The translations under genes were made by a program, and so were the position numbers. Below the pieces are notes generated by a model. That model was not told the origin of the DNA, did no database searches, and saw only the letters and a program-made list of their open reading frames with translations. 64,000 nucleotides of DNA from the human T2T-CHM13v2.0 reference genome, Homo sapiens, in assembly GCF_009914755.1 (NCBI RefSeq), contig NC_060938.1. One strand, given 5' to 3'. How positions within the stretch are numbered: the first letter of the stretch is position 1; each line of letters starts with the position of its first letter. Below are positions 60,490-64,000 of the stretch, piece after piece.

Positions 60490-63130
60490 TTGCTTTAAGA
60501 AAGTCATAGAAAAAAATTCAACCTCCATTCCTTATAGAAATTCTCAACAAACTTGGTATACAAGAAACATATCTCAAAATAATAAAGTCCAGATATGTGA
60601 AACCCACAGCTTGCATTATACCAAGGCTGGAAAAACTGAAAGCCTTTTCTCTAAGATGTTGAACAAGACAAAAATGCTCTTTTCCACCACTTCTACATGG
60701 TACTGTAATTCTAGCCAGAACAATTTGACAAGAAAAAAGAAGAAATGTCCTGAAATTTGGAATAGGGGAAATCAAATTGTCTGTTTGCAGAAAATACAAT
60801 ATTACTTAAAGACTCCTTAAAAACTATCTTTTTCATAACTTTGTCAACAATTGGGTCTCTTTTTTCTTTTTTTTATTATACTTTAAGTTTTAGGGTACAT
60901 GTGCACAATGTGCAGGTTAGTTACATATGTATACGTGTGCCACGTTGGTGTGCTGCACCTATTAACTTGTCATTTACCATTAGGTATATCTCCTAATGCT
61001 ATCCCTCCCCACTCCCACGACCCCATGACGGGCCCCGGTGTGTGATGTTCCCCACCTTGAGTCCAAATGTTCTCATTGTTCAGTTCCCACCTATGAATGA
61101 GAACATGCAGTGTTTGGTTTTCTGTCCTTGTGATAGTTTGCACAGAATGATGGTTTCCATTTTCATCCATGTCCCTACAAAGGACATGAACTCATCCTTT
61201 TTTATGGCTGCATAGTATTCCATGGTGTATATGTGCCACATTTTCTTAATCCAGTCTATCACTGGTGGACATTTGGGTTGGCTCCAAGTCTTTGCTATTG
61301 TCAATAGTGACACAATAAACATAAGTGTGCATGTGTCTTTATAGCAGCATGATTTATAATCCTTTGGGTATATAGCAAGTAATGGGACTGCTGGGTCAAA
61401 TGGTATTTCTAGTTCTAGATCCTTGAGGATCGCCACACTGTCTTCCACAATGGTTGAACTAGTTTACAGTCCCACCAACAGTGTAAAAGTGTTCCTATTT
61501 CTCCATATCCTCTCCAGCGCCTGTTGTTCCCTGACTTTTTAATGATCGCCATTCCAACTGGTGTGAGATGGTATCTCATTGTGGTTTTGATTTGCATTTC
61601 TCTGATGGCCAGTGATGATGAGCATTTTTTCATGTGTCTGTTGGCTGCATAAATGTCTTCTTTTGAGAAGTGTCTGTTCATATCCTTCACCCACTTTTTG
61701 ATGGGGTTGTTTGTTTTTTTCTTGTAAATTTGTTTGAGTTCATTGTAGATTCTGGATATTAGCCCTTTGTCAGATGAGTAGATCGCAAAAGTTTTCTCCC
61801 ATTCTGTTGGTTGCCTGTTCACTCTGATGATAGTTTCTTTTGCTGTGCAGAAGCTCTTTAGCTTAATTAGATCCCATTTGTCAATTTTGGCTTTTGTTGC
61901 CATTGCTTTTGCTGTTTTAGACATGAAGTCCTTGCCCATGCCTATGTCCTGAATGGTATTGCTTAGGTTTTCTTCTAGGGTTTTTATGGTTTTAGATCTA
62001 ACATTTAAGTCTTTAATCCATCTTGAATTAATTTTTGTATAAGGTGCAAGGAAGGGATCCAGTTTCAGCTTTCTACATATTCTGGCCAGGGCAATCAGGC
62101 AGGAGAAGGAAATAAAGGGTATTCGATTAGGAAAAGAGGAAGTCAAATTGTCCCTGTTTGCAGATGACATGATTGTATATCTAGAAAACCCCATTGTCTC
62201 AGCCCCAAATCTCCCTAAGCTAATAGGCAACATCAGTGAAGTCTCAGGGTACAAAATCAGTGTGCAAAAATCACTAGCATTCTTATACACCAATAACAGA
62301 CAAACAGAGAGCCAAATCATGAGTGAACTCCCATTCACAATTGCTTCAAAGAGAATAAAACACCTAGGAATCCAACTTACAAGGGATGTGAAGGACCTCT
62401 TCAAGGAGAACTACAAACCACTGCTCAATGAAATAAAAGAGGACACAAAGAAATGGAAGAACATTCCATGCTCATGGGTAGCAAGAATCAATATCGTGAA
62501 AATGGCCATACTGCCCAAGGTAATTTATAGATTCGATGCCATCCCCATCAATGACTTTCTTCACAGAATTGGAAAAAACTACTTTAAAGTTCATATGGAA
62601 CAAAAAAGAGCCTGCATTGCCAACTCAATCCTAAGCCAAAACAACAAAGATGGAGGCATCACGCTACCTGACTTCAAGCTATGCTACAAGGCTACAGTAA
62701 CCAAAACAGCATGGTACTGGTACCAAAACAGAGATATAGACCAATGGAACAGAACAGAGCCCTCAGAAATAATGCTGCATATCTACGACCATCTGATCTT
62801 TGACAAACCTGACAAAAACAAGAAATGGGGAAACGATTCCCTATTTAATAAATGGTGCTGGAAAAACTGTTATAATTGATAAAAAATTCTGTAAATTTGC
62901 AGAATACAACACCTACATACAAAAATTGGTGGCATTGCTAAATGCAAACAGCAAAAAATCAATAAAGCATTTTGTTTATAATAGCTAAAAATTATATTTC
63001 ATATTACCAAATAAGTGAAAGATTTCTAAAAGAAAACCAGAAATGATTGATAATAAAAAATAAAGTGAACACACACAAATTGAAAATATATCTGAAATAT
63101 TCCATGTTCATGGTTCAGAAAAATTAATAG
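60490..63130 (+). mobile_element. Old L1 ORF2 fragment (60490-60827, resuming 62870-63130) hosting younger L1PA insertions
   Basis: Decayed RT-region sequence is continuous across the insertion (gactccttaaaaact...gttataattgataaaaaattc). Confidence 0.75.
60858..62869 (-). mobile_element. L1PA with 5' inversion (3' part on minus 60858-62080; inverted part on plus 62081-62869)
   Basis: Poly-T tail at left; strand switch at ttctacatat|tctggccagg; ORFs 61415-62404(-) and 62148-62879(+) encode adjacent ORF2 parts. Confidence 0.95.
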
Positions 63131-64000
63131 TTTTTTTCTTTCTTTTTAAATAATACTTTAAGTTCTAGGGTCCATGTGCACAATGTGCAGGTTTGCTACA
63201 TATGTATACATGTGCTATGTTGGTGTGCTGCACCCATTAACATTACATTAGGTATATCTCCTAATGCTATCCCTCCCCACTCCCACGACCCCATGACGGG
63301 CCCTGGTGTGTGATGTTCCCCACCTTGAGTCCAAATGTTCTCACTGTTCAGTTCCCACCTATGAATGAGAACATGTGGTGTTTGGTTTTCTGTCCTTGTG
63401 ATAGTTTGCACAGAATGATGGTTTCCATTTTCATCCATGTCCCTACAAAGGACATGAACTCATCCTTTTTTATGGCTGCATAGTATTCCATGGTGTATAT
63501 GTGCCACATTTTCTTAATCCAATCTATCACTGATGGACATTTGGGCTGGCTCCAAGTCTTTGCTATTGTCAATAGTGACACAATAAACATAAGTGTGCAT
63601 GTGTCTTTATAGCAGCATGATTTATAATCCTTTGGGTATATAGCAAGTAATGGGATTGCTGGGTCAAATAGTATTTCTAGTTCTAGATTCTTGAGGATCG
63701 CCACACTGTCTTCCACAATGGTTGAACTAGTTTACAGTCCCACCAGCAGTGTAAAAGTGTTCCTATTTCTCCACATCCCCTCCAGCGCCTGTTGTTCCCT
63801 GACTTTTTAATGATCGCCATTCTAGCTGGTGTGAGATGGTATCTCATTGTGGTTTTGATTTGCATTCCTCTGATGGCCAGTGATGATGAGCATTTTTTCA
63901 TGTGTCTGTTGGCTCCATAAATGTCTTCTTTTGAGAAGTGTCTATTCATATCCTTTGCCCGCTTTTTGATGGGGTTGTTTGTTTTTCTTGTAAATTTGTT
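63130..64000 (-). mobile_element. L1PA 3' end (runs off the window)
   Basis: T-rich tail, antisense 3'UTR and ORF2 C-terminus (ORFs 63348-63716 and 63683-63949). Confidence 0.95.

Noticed and set aside
61415-62404. 329-aa minus-strand ORF as a novel gene
   Set aside because: Chance in-frame fusion of antisense L1 ORF2 with the sense ORF2 C-terminus across the inversion junction

Overview
Human immunoglobulin heavy-chain variable locus (IGH, 14q32.33), J-proximal part, with all V genes on the minus strand. In order: a degenerate clan-III pseudogene (probably IGHV(III)-5-2), IGHV3-6 (pseudo), IGHV3-7, IGHV1-8, IGHV3-9 (three intact leader/intron/V-exon/23-RSS genes) and IGHV2-10 (pseudo). This gene content is the IGHV1-8/3-9/2-10 structural haplotype. 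The rest is mostly retroelements: L1, full THE1 and MST MaLR elements, LTR8/MER4-group, MER41, MER11 and Alu. The main biological system is the well-known V(D)J substrate array, and I see no new protein-coding system. The most interesting less obvious structures are: (i) an LTR8/ERV1 transcript apparently retroposed by L1 machinery with a 5' inversion, poly(A) tail and TSD; (ii) a minisatellite of tandem CTCF-like motifs beside a pseudogene RSS; (iii) a V-less CTCF+RSS module near 53.8 kb; (iv) a probable gene-conversion tract between two neighbouring L1PA copies; and (v) a possible opposite-strand V-leader relic. Repeat subfamily names are from recall of consensus sequences, not a database search, and repeat boundaries are approximate unless a TSD is given.
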